A stretch of 64,000 bases of DNA from Macrostomum lignano (GCA_002269645.1 NIVC01000906.1:350639-414638); one strand, 5' to 3'; counted from the first letter of the stretch, positions 1 through 13,381 are shown. Program-made: numbers and translations. Notes: generated by a model not told the origin, from the letters alone.

Positions 1-765
1 CAGGATCCTCGGACAGGATATCGTATCTCGAGATCTATCCCCGTCCAGACTTGTCCTGAGATCCTATCCCCGTCCAGACTTGTCCTGAGATCCTATCCAG
101 ACTTGTCCTGAAATCCTATCCCGACTTGTCCTGAGATCCTATCCCGACTTGTCCTGAGATCCTATCCCGACTTGTCCTGAGATCCTATCCAGACTTGTCC
201 TGAGATCCTATCCAGACTTGTCCTGAGATCCTATCCAGACTTGTCCTGAGATCCTATCCAGACTTGTCCTGAGATCCTATCCCGACTTGTCCTGAGATCC
301 TATCCAGACTTGTCCTGAGATCCTATCCAGACTTGTCCTGAGATCCTATCCAGACTTGTCCTGAGATCCTATCCCGACTTGTCCTGAGATCCTATCCAGA
401 CTTGTCCTGAAATCCTATCCAGACTTGTCCTGAGATCCTATCCCGACTTGTCCTGAAATCCTATCCAGACTTGTCCTGAGATCCTATCCCGACTTGTCCT
501 GAAATCCTATCCCGACTTGTCCTGAGATCCTATCCCGACTTGTCCTGAGATCCTATCCCGACTTGTCCTGAGATCATATCCCGACTTGTCCTGAAATCCT
601 ATCCAGACTTGTCCTGAGATCCTATCCCGACTTGTCCTGAGATCCTATCCCGACTTGTCATGAGATCCTATCCCGACTTGTCCTGAGATCCTATCCAGAC
701 TTGTCCTGAGATCCTATCCCGACTTGTCATGAGATCCTATCCCGACTTGTCATGAGATCCTGTCT
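1..765. repeat. 23-bp minisatellite (GACTTGTCCTGAGATCCTATCC[C/A])
   Basis: Unit recurs with a 23-bp period from the window start; probably intronic in the UBE2Z-like gene. Confidence 0.95.
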
Positions 766-1039
766 TGCCCTGTCTCGACACCGTTCGAGCACTGATAGTA
801 ACCGGATAATGTCTAGCTAACAAATAAAATGCGCATTTAGACATATAGTTTACATAAACATGTACATTGAATCGGTACATTAGTTAAAAAAGCTTGGAAA
901 TGCATCCTCCATTTAGAATTCTTAATGGATTTCTTAAAGTTGTTAAACTTTCTTGTAGCGGCAGTGGTCATGTTTTCTTAACATGTGCACTTCCTTATAG
1001 TACAGTTTAGCAGCTAGACTGGAATCTGTAAGGGGCGCC

Positions 1040-1280
1040 AATATTAGTATTTTGGTGGGCGCCCCTGTCTTATGCTTGTCGCTTCTATCTCTTTTGGTGG
1101 GCGCTGCTGTCTTTTGACAGGCGCCCCTGTCTCATGCTTGGCGCCCCTGTCTCTCTTAGTGGACGCCCTTGTCTCATGCTTGGCGCCCGTGGCTCATGCT
1201 TGGCGCCCCTGTCTCATGCTTGGCGTCCCTGTCTAATGATTGGCGCTCCTGTCTCTCTTGGTGAGCGCCCCTGTTCCTGT
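1040..1280. repeat. Degenerate ~21-bp tandem repeat (GGCGCCCCTGTCTCATGCTT)
   Basis: About ten imperfect copies are visible. Confidence 0.8.
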
Positions 1281-1508
1281 CTATTCGGCTAATACTGGAT
1301 GCTACATCCAAGAGGTGGCAAAAGGTGAGCTCCTGTCATTCATCGAGCTTATGGTTTGCCTCCTTTTTATCTAGGTATCTGAGGAGTGCAACCTGCGACG
1401 CTGCTGCAGTTTATGGCCAAAGTTTTTTGCGGAACTGTATACGTTAAACAGCTACAAAAACACACGGTACAATGCCCCGATAAAAATGGTAATAATTATC
1501 TTATTTAC

Positions 1509-1894
1509 TTTTCCGGATATTCTGGCGGCGCGCGAACAGCAAAATGAAAGAATCCGCCTTCGTACGGCGTATCGGGTTGGCCACGGATCAGGTAGTCGAT
1601 TCGAGAAGTGTCGTTCTCGTTGGGAAACACATCGGCACCAGGGCGCCGCTCCTCTGGCATGAGATTGCGCAGATCTGACAGAATACGGGCTACACAGCTT
1701 GGTCCGTAGCTGCTGATACTGAATTGAATTCTGTCAGGGTGCCACTCGTCAGGCCTTTGCACGATAGGAATAGGAGCCACTGGTGGCAGACCTCCGAGCT
1801 GTTCAAACATTTGCTGCAGCGCTTCAAATGGAAACTGGATTAGATTTTCATTGTCCATATCTTCAGCCATATTTTGTTTGGTATCTAAAAACAT
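1509..1894 (-). CDS. UBE2Z: Ubiquitin-conjugating enzyme E2 Z-like, first coding exon; the rest of the gene lies beyond the left edge
   Basis: PSCVARILSDL...DVFPNENDTSRIDYLIRGQPDTPYEGGFFHFAVRAPPEYP resembles the UBE2Z UBC N-lobe. The exon ends at a GT donor (AA/gtaaat, 1508). The start may be ATG 1870. Confidence 0.75.
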
Positions 1895-2606
1895 TAGTAA
1901 AATTAAGTAAATAAACAGCTTTTAAAATGGACTTTTCAGACTATAATTTTAATTACTTTTTTCTCTATCGTCCACCTATGATTGACCAACAAGCATCCTA
2001 CAAAAATTGTATCATCTAAAATTTTTTGTGACATTAGGCTATATCAAGTAGAAGTATACATGCGTTTTTATTACCCATGCAGAAGTCAGAACCCTAGCCT
2101 GACTCTCAGTATACTGACCTTTTAAAAGTATTTAATATTAATTTGAGTAAGATATTTCATTACTGATGGTTGCACAAATACCAATAGGCCTACTATTGGA
2201 TTTCTTGGCCTCCCAAAGCTAGCGTAGTGGTAGAATATTGTAGAGGTACTTACTTCTATTTGCAAATAATTGAGATGTCCTTCACCTTTAATTTTAATTA
2301 TAGTTTGTATCGTCAAAGATTACTCAAATATACAGACAAACAAAGCAAGTCTCTCATGCAACTTTTATAAATCAAATACACAGATTATTTTACTGTGCGC
2401 ATTGCTCTAATGGTTCTTGGAAGATCCGAGTGACTAAGTTACTGCTCTTTCTTTCTCCGCAAATGTCCTCGCTCTTGATATTGCATTAGAGTATTTGAAT
2501 TGTAACGAAAGCGAAAATTTTCGCTTTTACAAATTAGATATTTAACAAAAACATTAACATCTTTACATAATTGTCGTATTAACGTTAGTTTTAAATAATT
2601 TAAAGT

Positions 2607-2868
2607 GAGGCTCTTCACGGCAATCGATTCCAGAACCAGAATCGGTTCGGATTTCCAAGAAAAAAAGCAGTATAACTTTTTAACTTTGTTGAATGTTTGA
2701 CTGCCTTAACAGCCTCACTCTGCACAATTTTTCACTTTCTTCTTGGCTATTGCCATCCAATAATCACAATTTTAAAGCACTAAAATCCCTCTAGTTTAGG
2801 AGACAAAAAGTTATACTTTACAAATTGGTTCTGGTTCTAGAACCAGAACAAGCAATATGAAGAGCCTC
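2607..2868. mobile_element. MITE with 11-bp TIR GAGGCTCTTCA/TGAAGAGCCTC and AGT flanking duplication
   Basis: Perfect terminal inverted repeat, subterminal AGAACCAGAA/GGTTCTGG motifs, and AGT on both sides. Confidence 0.55.
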
Positions 2869-5800
2869 AGTGAAAAATACTGTTACATTTTAACGATACT
2901 TAAAACTTTGTTTTACGCAACTAAGAAATAGCACTATTTTAACTTGCAATTAGCAGATTTAATTAGTTTCCCATCTAATACCTATTTAAATCGTCGTTAT
3001 TCATTATTTATCAGCATTTAATTAGTATTTAATTAGTTTCCTATCTAATACCTATTTAAATCGTCGTTATTCGTTAAACGTAAAGTTCTTTCGAAGTATG
3101 TTCATGTTCTTTTTTTCACGCTTTAAAATATCGCGCGCTTGCAAAATACTACATCTTTTTACAAAAAACGCTCTTTCAAATACCTTTATAATTTTACAAA
3201 TAATCGTAACTCGCATCGGAACTCGTGTAAAAATTGAACCTTTTGAACAAATTTAACCTTTTGAACCTAATCGTAATTAAACAACTAATGCTAAAATATC
3301 TTAAATACACAGAAATATACTGGCCAAACAGCCAACAGGCTTCTTGCCTGAGCCAACTTACTACTACTACTATTACAGTCCTTTTTTTTACGAATATCTT
3401 TCCTTCGTTTTAACTGCTTAATATTGCCAGCAATCTAGTTAGATTCGAAATTTGATATTGAATGATTAGTACCTATGAACTCATTTTAATCACCTACTGC
3501 CTCCAGTAGCCTACTGGATGAATTTGTTGCTCTCCATCAAGTTCACACAGTACTTGTTTTATATTCCTTATTTAAATACTTTTCGTTTTGTTACTTGTTA
3601 GCCATTAAAGTTCGTTCGAAGATTCGTAAAAAAATTTTAGCTGCTCAAAATAATACAAAATTTTAATATTTTGTCCTATATTTTTACAAAACTCGTACTT
3701 GTACTAAATGTACACTACTCTTGAATTACATGACTTATACTGGCCAAACAGAAAGGCACTTTTTGCAACATTTTAATACATAATACATATTCATAATAGG
3801 CCTACATAAATTATATAATTATGATTTCCTAATGCTTAAAAAAGCATCCTTAATTTTAAAGTGTCCTAAAGATGTGTCAAAAATGTGTTGGCAAAAGTTA
3901 TACAGGTAAGCCTACTACAACTATTAATTCTACTACTATTATAAGTTTTATTCTAGGCCTAACTAAGCTGTAAAGATGATTGCCTTCTAGTGAGGTATCA
4001 GGTGGTTTCATTGCCTACTCTGACCTTTTGTAATGCACATGCCCTATCAGGCTAGGGGCCTATGCCCTATTGGGATAAGGCAAGATGAGAATATTATGAC
4101 ATATAACAACAATAACACAACAACAACAAAATACACTGTCAGGATGGCAAAAGTCAGCATCACAGGGTGCGCTTCATGGCTTGGGGGCAAACAAAGGCCA
4201 TGCTTCTAGCAGAGTCTGCCACATTGACTTGCTGTTTGAGTAAGTCTATTAGCATCTAGGTCTCGGCGTTCTGGAGCAGGACAGTCTCATTTACCACCTG
4301 GAACAGCGCCACCCTCTGGTGGTCCAGTAGCCATAGGGCCTCAAACTGCAGAACTGCCCTCATAGAATGAAAGGCAGCATAGGCAAGCCTGTGATAGCAT
4401 CGCAGCATCTGGAACCAGACCGCCAAGGTACTGGTAGATAAACTGCTGACATCACAGGAGCTTGGTCGCATGCAACTCACAAACAATTTCAGCCTGTCAG
4501 TCACTTCCCTTCCTTCCATAAGAACCAAATTATGCTTTGCTTGGCTTCTTCATTTTTTCCATAGTGCCAAAACAGTAGGTAACCTAAAATGACTGCTGTA
4601 AAAAAATAAAATAAGCATATTTGATCGCACTGCCATTAAAAGTTGTGGGACATAAGTGCTGTCTATGGCCTAAAGTATGGTGACTTAACTGCCTTTCGTT
4701 TGGAAAAAAATGTTTGTCTACAAACTTTCCAAAAAACCCTCATACAATAGCAAGCATTTTCCAAATAGCAAACATTCACTAGACAGCAAGTAGCTAGTGC
4801 AAATATTTTGTCCACTAATGCAATAATTGCTTTCTCAAGTAGGCCTTGAATAATAATCCATGTCTCAGTTAGCACAATAATCCTCTTTTCATTTAGTGCA
4901 TTAATCATTTACTCATCAAGTCAAAGTGCAAAAATCAATGTCTTAGCTAGTGCAATAGTCCCTTTCTAAGCTAGTGCAATAATCCTTGGTTTATCAAGTG
5001 CAATAATTGTTGGTTTATCAAGTGCAATAATCTTTGGTTTATCAAGTGCAGTAATCCATCTTTTCAAGTAGTCCATTAATAAAAGCTTTCAATTTCAATA
5101 AAAGAATTTCCTATATACTCATATATGCGCAACAGTTGGCTGAGTCGGCTGATCCGGCCGACCAATTTAGCGGCCAAACAAGGAAGTCGCAAAAATGCCC
5201 ACTCAAAAAATACCCAAGTAGTAGAACTAAGTAGCTGATGAGGCATTTTGACTTAATAAGAAAAGTCATAGTTACACCTTTTGTTTACCCAAAGTAGCAT
5301 TAATTTTGCTTTATGCTACTTATGCTAGGGTTTTTTTACATGTAAGTCACATTTTTGGCCAAAGACTAGGTCACATTTTTGTTAAAACTAAGTTGCATGG
5401 CCGACCAAATTTTGGAGGTTGAGCATGTATGTATATACTATATAAATGAGTTGTCCAGGTATGTATGTATATATGTAGCTATATAGCTATACGATAGATT
5501 TAAAAAAATGGCTCAGCCAATTTTCTTCAAACTTGTACCATTCAATTAGAATTTTTTCTGTGATTGTACATGCATCGTGGCTAAAAAATTGGTTGATGCT
5601 AAAGGGATTAAATATTCAAAAAATATGCTTTTTTGCAAAGGTCAAGCAGCTTTTTTACTTGAAATACATTTTAAGAATGCTAGAGAAAAAACTGACTAGT
5701 TAAATTCTGATTTTGAAATAGATTGCCTCACACCAGGCTTTTTATTTATTCAGTCTATGTATTGGCTGAATTTTGACACTGAATTGAATTGCATCACAGT

Positions 5801-6269
5801 ATTGAAAATGCAGTGTGGAAACATAGCACAAGACTTGATTTATATTGTGTAACCATATTGCTAACTTTAATAGAGACTGGTACTGACTTGCCTGAGAAAT
5901 TTATTATCATAACTGACTTGGTGAGTGTTGAATTATAAATTCATACAACTTGAATTTATACAACTTGAGTTAGATTGTATAAATTCATTTATAAATTCAA
6001 TGAGAGATAGCCTAGATGTTTACATACTGAACTGCTAATGCAGCAACCTAGGTTTGAATCTTAGTAATGTACTAGAAATCTAGTGCCCCCCTTCAGGGTA
6101 GACAATAAGAAAAGGGCAAAATTTATTTATTTTAATTCTGGCAGTGATTGGTATGGTGTCATTGGTAACAATAAGCATGATGTCAAAGTATGACTACACT
6201 TAAAAAACTTTCAAACCATTTATAAAATTGCAAATCCACATTGCAGCTACCAATAATTCCCCAATCAGG

Positions 6270-7125
6270 TTTGCAATAATCTCCAATCAGGCTTGCAATT
6301 ATTCCAGTCAGGTTTAAAATGATCCTAGTCAGGTTTGCAATTATTCCAGTCAAGTTTGAAATGATCCCAGTCAGGTTTTCAATTATCCCAGTTGGGTTTG
6401 AAATGATCCCAGTCAGGTTTGCAATTATCCTAGTCAGGTTTGAAATGATCCCAGTCAGGTTTGCAATTATCCCAGTCAGGTTTGAAATGATCCTAGTCAG
6501 GTTTGCAATTATCCCAGTCGGGTTTGAAATGATCCCAGTCAAGTTTGCAATTATCCCAGTTGGGTTTGAAATGATCCCCAGTCAGGTTTGCAATTATCCT
6601 AGTCGGGTTTGAAATGATCCCTAGTCAGGTTTGCAATTATCCCAGTTGGGTTTAAAATGATCCTAGTCAGGTTTGCAATTATCCCAGTCAGGTTTGTAAT
6701 TATCCCCCAATCAGGTTTGAAATGATCCCTAGTCATGTTTCCACTGATCCCAGTGAGGTTTGCAATTATCCCCCAATCAGGTTTAAAATGATCCTAATCG
6801 AGTTTGCAATTATCCCCCAATCAAGGTTGAAATGATCCCAGTCATGTTTTAAATGATCCCAGTGAGGTTTGCAATTGTCCCCCAATCAGGTTTGAAATGG
6901 TCCTAGTCAGATTTGCAATGATCCCAGTCAGGTTTTCAATGATCTCCCAGTCTGGTTTGCAATGATTGCCCAGTCAGGTTTGCAATGCTCCCTTATTTAG
7001 GCTTGCAATAATCCCCTAGTCAAGTTTAAAATGATCCCCCAGTCAGGTTTACAATGTTCCCATTCAGGTTTGCAATGATCCTAGCAGGTTTGCAAGAATC
7101 CTAGTCAGGATCCTAGTCAGAATCC
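6270..7125. repeat. 21-bp minisatellite with alternating variants (CAGTCAGGTTTGCAATTATCC / CAGTCAGGTTTGAAATGATCC)
   Basis: Visible tandem units; the ORFs here are repeat artefacts. Confidence 0.95.
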
Positions 7126-7633
7126 TACACACATTTTTTGTAACCCCTAGCTTAAAAATTGGTGCCCCAAACTTGGTTTGCCCCCCCCCCCCTAAAATAA
7201 AATTCTTTATTCATCACTGATAATATGGTATTATATATATTATATCAATTGCCCAATTTGTTAGATTTTGAGTTTCATATATGCAAAATAACATTTAGCA
7301 TTAGCACGTATATTCATGATTCATGAAGTTATGCTAAAGTCTTTGACAATATTTTGCTCATTAATTTATAGAAATTTATGTTTTTGTATTAAGGAACACC
7401 TTTAGGTAAGTTAGCCATGTTATTGACAAATTTACTTAGCTTGTTCTATCCTACATGTTATATATACTTTTTAGTATATATACTTATACTTTTATAGTAA
7501 CCCTATATAATTTTTCTAAATGTCAGTTTGTCATTAATTATCCTTGGTAGAAGATCCTAAAAAAGGTTGAAATATTTAGCAGTCTGTGTGCTTTAATTTT
7601 CAGTTAAAAAATTACTGTTAATCAAGTTAAACG

Positions 7634-8763
7634 ATGGCAGCCAGCGGCGATCCATTCTATGAATATGTGTCCAAACTAGCCGGCTCCGTGGTGGTGCATC
7701 CACTAACCTTCTCCCGCATCCTGGTGCAGCTGGGCTGGGAGCCGGACCCGCCTAGCCTGGGCAAGAATCTGTTCCGTCGGCAGAAGCTGTTCTATCCGAA
7801 CATGTTTCGCCACGTCGGCCGGGTCCGAGACGAGGTTGGCGGCGTGTTTCCGCTGTGGACCACCGGCCTGCTGGCCAAGCTGACCAGTCAGGTGATTCGC
7901 GAGCTGACCCTCCGAGGCGTTGAGGCAGCCTGCGGCGGCGGCGGTGCCAGCGAGAAGAACTGGGAGCTCAATGCGAACTCGCTGAAGCAGATGGCCCAGC
8001 GCTGCTGCTACTCCAGCGTCGGTCGCTCCCTGGCGGTGTTCGCCTCCTACCCGCTGCACTCCGTCATGGTCCGCCAGATGGCCGCCGCCGTCTCCCACGA
8101 TGCCATCTATCGCGGCAACATTCTGAGCGTCATTCGCGAGATCTTCAACGAGGAAGGCATGCCGGGATTCTTCCGCGGCGTCACCGTGGCGATTGTTGGC
8201 GACCTGCTGGCGCTGTGGGCCACCAGTTTCATAGCCTATGCCGTTAATCAGTACATCATTGCCGACCGGTCCGCCCCGGATGTCAAGCAGGTGAGAGAGC
8301 CTGGGACAGAGCGATCACTTGAGAGGAATTTTCGCGTTACCTTTCGCGTGAGTACAGTTACTCACAGTTACAGTTATGATCTCCTCGCTAACTGCAGGTG
8401 GACTGTCGCCTTTATTTGCGGCAGCATCCACAGCCTCCCTGTGAACTTATGAATAACTTTGAAATGCTACGCTAAAAAAGTATATAGTCGCGCATACACG
8501 ACTTGTAAACCTCGCCCACTTCAAACTCTTAGGTGAGCCCAGTCATCGCCTCGTTCCTAGTGAGCTCCTGGACCTATCGCTACGGCGTGGTGTCCACCAA
8601 CCTTTGCATCCGTGGCAGCTCCGGGCTCAGCTTGTGCGTGCCGTACACCGACAGCGTTGAGTGCTGGCAGACGCTTAAACTGGCTGGCGGCCTGTCCCGC
8701 GGCGACAGCCTGTTCTTCCGGGTGGCCCCGCAGAGCGCCATGGCTGCTACCAGGCGGCGCTGA
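7634..8763 (+). CDS. MTCH2: Mitochondrial carrier homolog 2 (MTCH/Mtch); exons 7634-8290 and 8533-8763, 295 aa
   Basis: HPLTFSRILVQLGWEPDPP...LFRRQKLFYPNMF, YPLHSVMVRQMA, IFNEEGMPGFFRG, CWQTLKLAGGLSRGDSLFFR; phase-0 GT-AG intron. Confidence 0.9.
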
Positions 8764-9204
8764 GTCATGAAAATGAATAACAAAATATTTAAACTAAACA
8801 AGTTAGTAAGTTTGCGCCCAATTGTGGACTTTGTGAGTTTTAGAATAATTTGTAGCTATGAAAAATTCGTAACAAAAAGGTACTGACCTATAATGTTCAG
8901 CAGTCCTTTTGCTCTCTTCGTTATCCCGTTCAGATTGATTACTACTTTTATTATTACATATTAGTTAGCTAATGAAATGATATGAATAATATTACATTGT
9001 TGTAACTCTGAAGAAGTGCTTAATTTTCAATAGCTGCCACAGTTGTTAGAATAACTAGATGCGTCAGTTGCTAAAAAATGCGCTTTTTATTGCCTTCAGT
9101 AGTAAAATTAGCTAGAATTTGCAGGTCCTGTGCGTCTGCATAGCGAGAATTAAAAAAAGGAAGTGACACCCCGGCCCCCAACCAGGCTGATATTCCTTTT
9201 GCTT

Positions 9205-9745
9205 TTGCCCGCTTGTCTGACTTTGACCTCTCTCCTTACTGCTCTCTCATTGGCTGAGCCAGATTGGGCCTGCCTTCTAGACTGAGTTTCGTCCGTCTGA
9301 CTTTGACTTCTCTCCTTAATGCTCTCTCATTGGCTGAACCAGATTGGGCCTGCCCCCTAGACTGAGTTTCGTCCGTCTGACTTTGACTTCTCTCCTTACT
9401 GCTCTCTCATTGGCTGAGCCAGATTGGGCCTGCCTTCTAGACTGAGTTTCGTCCGTCTGACTTTGACTTCTCTCCTTAATGCTCTCTCATTGGCTGAGCC
9501 AGATTGGGCCTGCCCCCTAGACTGAGTTTCGTCCGTCTGACTTTGACTTCTCTCCTTAATGCTCTCTCATTGGCTGAACCAGATTGGGCCTGCCCCCTAG
9601 ACTGAGTTTCGTCCGTCTGACTTTGACTTCTCTCCTTAATGCTCTCTCATTGGCTGAACCAGATTGGGCCTGCCCCCCTAGACTGAGTTTCGTCCGTCTG
9701 ACTTTGAATTCTCTCCTTACTGCTCTCTAATTGGCTGAGCTAGAT
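9205..9745. repeat. 80-bp tandem repeat, about 6.5 copies, with two ATTGG motifs per unit
   Basis: GCTCTCTCATTGGCTGA recurs at 9241, 9321, 9401, 9481, 9561 and 9641. Confidence 0.95.
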
Positions 9746-10355
9746 TTTAAAAAACTAGCTGCTGAGAAAGAGTAGACACTTCACACCTTTAATTGCGAAC
9801 ACACAATGCTGACCTAAAGTGAACTATCTGACATATCTGGTTATTCTAGTATCTCTAACAGCTACTGGTGAGGACTATTTTATGAGCCATTATTCATCGT
9901 TAGTTCTGTGTGGAAATCAATATTTATATATTTTGCTTTAATAATAATAATATTTGCTAATTAGACATTTAACTGATTTAGCTATAATATTTCGTATTAA
10001 TTGTTTCATTTTTCAAATAATTGGTATGCTCCTGTCCGGTTGCTGTACCGTTATGTTGGCTATTTTGGTGTCATTTTTCCGTAAATAAATTGACTAGACC
10101 AACCTGCGCTTAGCATTGTTTAGTGAAGTAGGGCAAAAGCTACGAAATTAAAGTCATCTGAAATTTTTTAAAATTCTTATTTGAGTAGGCTATGAGAAAG
10201 CGAATTGTTTCTAGGAAGAAACTGTCTGTCTTAATAAGCGAGCAATTCGAGTGCGTGTAAGTTTGGACACAATTTTCACTGCAAAATGCATTGGCTGGGT
10301 CTAGATGGGATTTTTCATCACGTTCAAGTCACGTTTTGAACTACCTTTGACAACA

Positions 10356-10618
10356 GGGGTTGTAGCCTAGTGGTTAGAGCGTGGAACTCACGACTGAAAG
10401 GTCGGGGGTTCGATTCCCGATCCTACTGGAACAATTTGTGTCCTTGAGCAAGACACTTAACTCTGCATTGCTTCAGTTCACCCAGCTGTAAAATGGGTGC
10501 CAGCATTAGCTGGGGTAACTGAGGGTGTGTGTGGCGACCCCCCTGCAGTCCTTGGACTGAACAGCCGTACGCAGCCTTCAGATGCGCCGCGCAATGGCTG
10601 CGGCTGAGCTGTCGGTTT
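10356..10618 (+). mobile_element. tRNA-derived SINE family 1 with CORE-like middle domain
   Basis: tRNA-like head (TAGCCTAGTGG A-box, GGTTCGATTCC B-box), then CCTTGAGCAAGACACTTAAC...CTGTAAAATGGG resembling the MIR/CORE domain. Other copies at about 35620, 39245 and 22265. Confidence 0.85.
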
Positions 10619-10929
10619 CACCTCTGCCAATAAGGAGTTACAATTAAATTATATTTAATGGCGCAACAGACGCTACACGGGTGCGTATTATTAAGCTAAC
10701 AATTGTCATTTGCACAAATTCCTAAGTTGTCCTATGCAGACTACTCGTACAAGATAGTACGTAGTAATTCTAATGCTGCATTTACTCAGAATGGCAGTTT
10801 TGGCCGCAGACATATTGTTTATACATCGGCTTAGGAGTGAAGAAATTGGCTTCAACTTTATTTGGGAATTTATGTAGTTTTAACAGAACAAAATAAAGTT
10901 AAAATCCTCATATCTAGCTGAAGCCGGAC

Positions 10930-11750
10930 ATGCCAGACTCAAAAAAAGCCGAGCGGACCAACATGGAGGAGATCGCCCTGCGCGGCGGCCTAAACGAGAA
11001 CGCCTACGACAGATTTCATCGCACGGTAGAGGTGCAAATCTTTCCGCAAAACCTGCGCGTCACATGGGACGACAACGGCTGCTGTGTGAGCTTCGCCGTT
11101 CTGTTGATAGCGGCTCTGGTTGGTTTAACAGTGTCTGGCTATTACCTGAAGCAGATCCATCTTAACGAAGCTCAGGTGAATTCCTCGGAAACTTTGGCCT
11201 TATTCAGCGAGACTCACCTGCTAATTGTTGCTCTGTTCTGCGGAGGCATTCTGCTCGGCTTCTTTGTGATGTGCCTCTGCGGAGTCAATACCCAGGTGAG
11301 AGAGTCCAGTGAATTGAGACTTGACTCACACACAGCCCCCCTGCATCTAATAAAAGTGCATGTACAAGTATTGTACACGAAAGATCAGTTTTTTTTAAGA
11401 AATGAGGTTTCCCACCGGCCTTGTTTTGCAAAGGTCCCATTTCAATCGACATCCCGCAGCTCATGGCGGCCAAGAAGCGCCGGTTCGGCTCGCTACGCAA
11501 AAATCGGATTCTGCTGTCGCTGATGCGCGGCCAGAGCGCCTGGGACGAGCCGGAGTTTCAACGCCGGCTGCGCCAGCAGGACAGGCGGATAGACCGGGTG
11601 CAGGACACGGTGGAGGCCCGGCTAGAGAACTGGCTAAACCAGCGGGACGCCCGGGTCCGCTACATGCAGGAGGCCCGGATTCGCATTGCCAAAGAGCGGG
11701 CGCGCAAAGAGATGAAAGCCAATAAGCACGTTGGATGCACTGTACTGTGA
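10930..11750 (+). CDS. Uncharacterised 2-TM protein with coiled coil and C-terminal CaaX (CTVL); exons 10930-11295 and 11460-11750
   Basis: Two hydrophobic helices. Donor CAG/gtgaga with phase-0 acceptor cccgcag/CTC joins to the charged LMAAKKRR...HVGCTVL frame. Confidence 0.6.
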
Positions 11751-11837
11751 AAATGCAAATGCTTAGCATACAGTAGCCTTCGGGATTGACTTTGAGCTGA
11801 GCGAGATTGTACATAAGCTACTCGTAGATTGGATCAG

Positions 11838-12228
11838 AAGGAATGTACACTCGGTGGATTGGCTCAGAGAGAGTGGGACTGCACACTCGGTGGATGGGCT
11901 TAGAGAGAGGGAATGTACACTCGGTGGATGGGCTCAGAGAGAATGAATGTACACTCGGTGGATGGGCTCAGAGAGAGGGAATGTACACTCGGTGGATGGG
12001 ATCAGAGAGAGGGAATGTACACTCGGTGGATGGGCTCAGAGAGAGGGAATGTAGACTGCATCGATTGGCTCAGAGAGAGGGAATGTACACTCGGTGGATG
12101 GGCTTAGAGAGAGGGAATGTACACTCGGTGGATGGGATCAGAGAGAGGGAATGTACACTCGGTGGATGGGATCAGAGAGAGGGAATGTACACTCGGTGGA
12201 TGGGATCAGAGAGAGGGAATGTACACTA
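11838..12228. repeat. 34-bp minisatellite (GAATGTACACTCGGTGGATGGGCTCAGAGAGAGG)
   Basis: Visible period of 34. Confidence 0.95.
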
Positions 12229-12834
12229 ACGATTATATTGATTGTCTCAAAAAATATTGTGCAGTACTCCGTTACCTTTCCTGTATTTTTTTGGTAAACC
12301 CTAGCTTATATATGTAAATAAATACAGTTTGCATCGTATTTTTATTTTAATTGGCTTTGGTAAAGAGTTTTAAGCTATTCATAAAAAGCTTATTTCTATC
12401 CAACTCAAAGGTTTGACACACATGTATAAATATATTAACTGCTTTTACATAAATTTCGTTGCAGAAATCCAACTAATTGATATTAAAAAAGACCAACATT
12501 AAAACTTAACAAGACAAAAACTAGTTCAGTTACAAGAAGTAAAATTAGTGCTAAATATACTACTGCTAAAAGATCTTATAAGTAGGGTTAAAAGAAACCT
12601 AAATACGCAGGTTGTGCAGCCTACAGAAACTGAAGCATAAATACAGCAGATAAAACAATGCAATTAAGAAGCTGCTACGCTCGTAAATGAAAATTCAAAC
12701 TTCGCAACTATTTTTGTCAGCCAAAACTACAAAAGGTGCAGCGCGAATGAAGTAACTTGCGAAGGCAGCGAATTGAATTGTTAAAATTAAAGTTTAAAGA
12801 AAAATTGTCAGCCAGTAATCTTTTGAGAGTCGGC

Positions 12835-13345
12835 TGGCGCCCTCTAATTGGTCAGGGACTGAGAGGGAGTCACCTGGCGCTCTCTGATTGGTCAGGGACT
12901 GAGAGGGAGTCACCTGGCGCTCTCTGATTGGTCAGGGACTGAGAGGAAGTCACCTGGCGCTCTCTGATTGGTCAGGGACTGAGAGGGAGTCACCTGGCGC
13001 TCTCTGATTGGTCAGGGACTGAGAGGGAGTCACCTGGCGCTCTCTGATTGGTCAGGGACTGAGAGGTAGTCACCTGGCGCTCTCTGATTGGTCAGGGACT
13101 GAGAGGTAGTCACCTGGCGCTCTCTGATTGGTCAGGGACGGAGAGAGGCAGCTGGCGCTCTCTGATTGGTCAGGGACGGAGAGAGGCAGCTGGCGCTCTC
13201 TGATTGGTCAGGGACGGAGAGAGGCAGCTGGCGCTCTCTGATTGGTCAGGGACGGAGAGAGGCAGCTGGCGCTCTCTGATTGGTCAGGGACTGAGCGAAG
13301 CGGCTGGCGCTCTCCGATTGGTCAGGGACTGAGCGAAGCAGCTGG
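12835..13345. repeat. 40/38-bp tandem repeat containing TGATTGGTCA (CCAAT box)
   Basis: About 13 copies, directly downstream of the IMPDH stop codon. Confidence 0.95.
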
Positions 13346-13381
13346 CACTCAGGCTGTGGTCAGGGACCACAGCCAATCTGC

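Noticed and set aside
1325-1374. Plus-strand GT-AG mini-intron-like signal
   Set aside because: No flanking ORF supports it, and it lies within a probable intron of the minus-strand UBE2Z-like gene.
4256-4528. 90-aa minus-strand ORF resembling a transposon-associated protein fragment
   Set aside because: Too short and degenerate to assign without a profile search.
10356-10430. tRNA gene (also at about 35840-35910 and 38355-38422)
   Set aside because: The heads continue into conserved SINE bodies, and the acceptor stems do not close properly.
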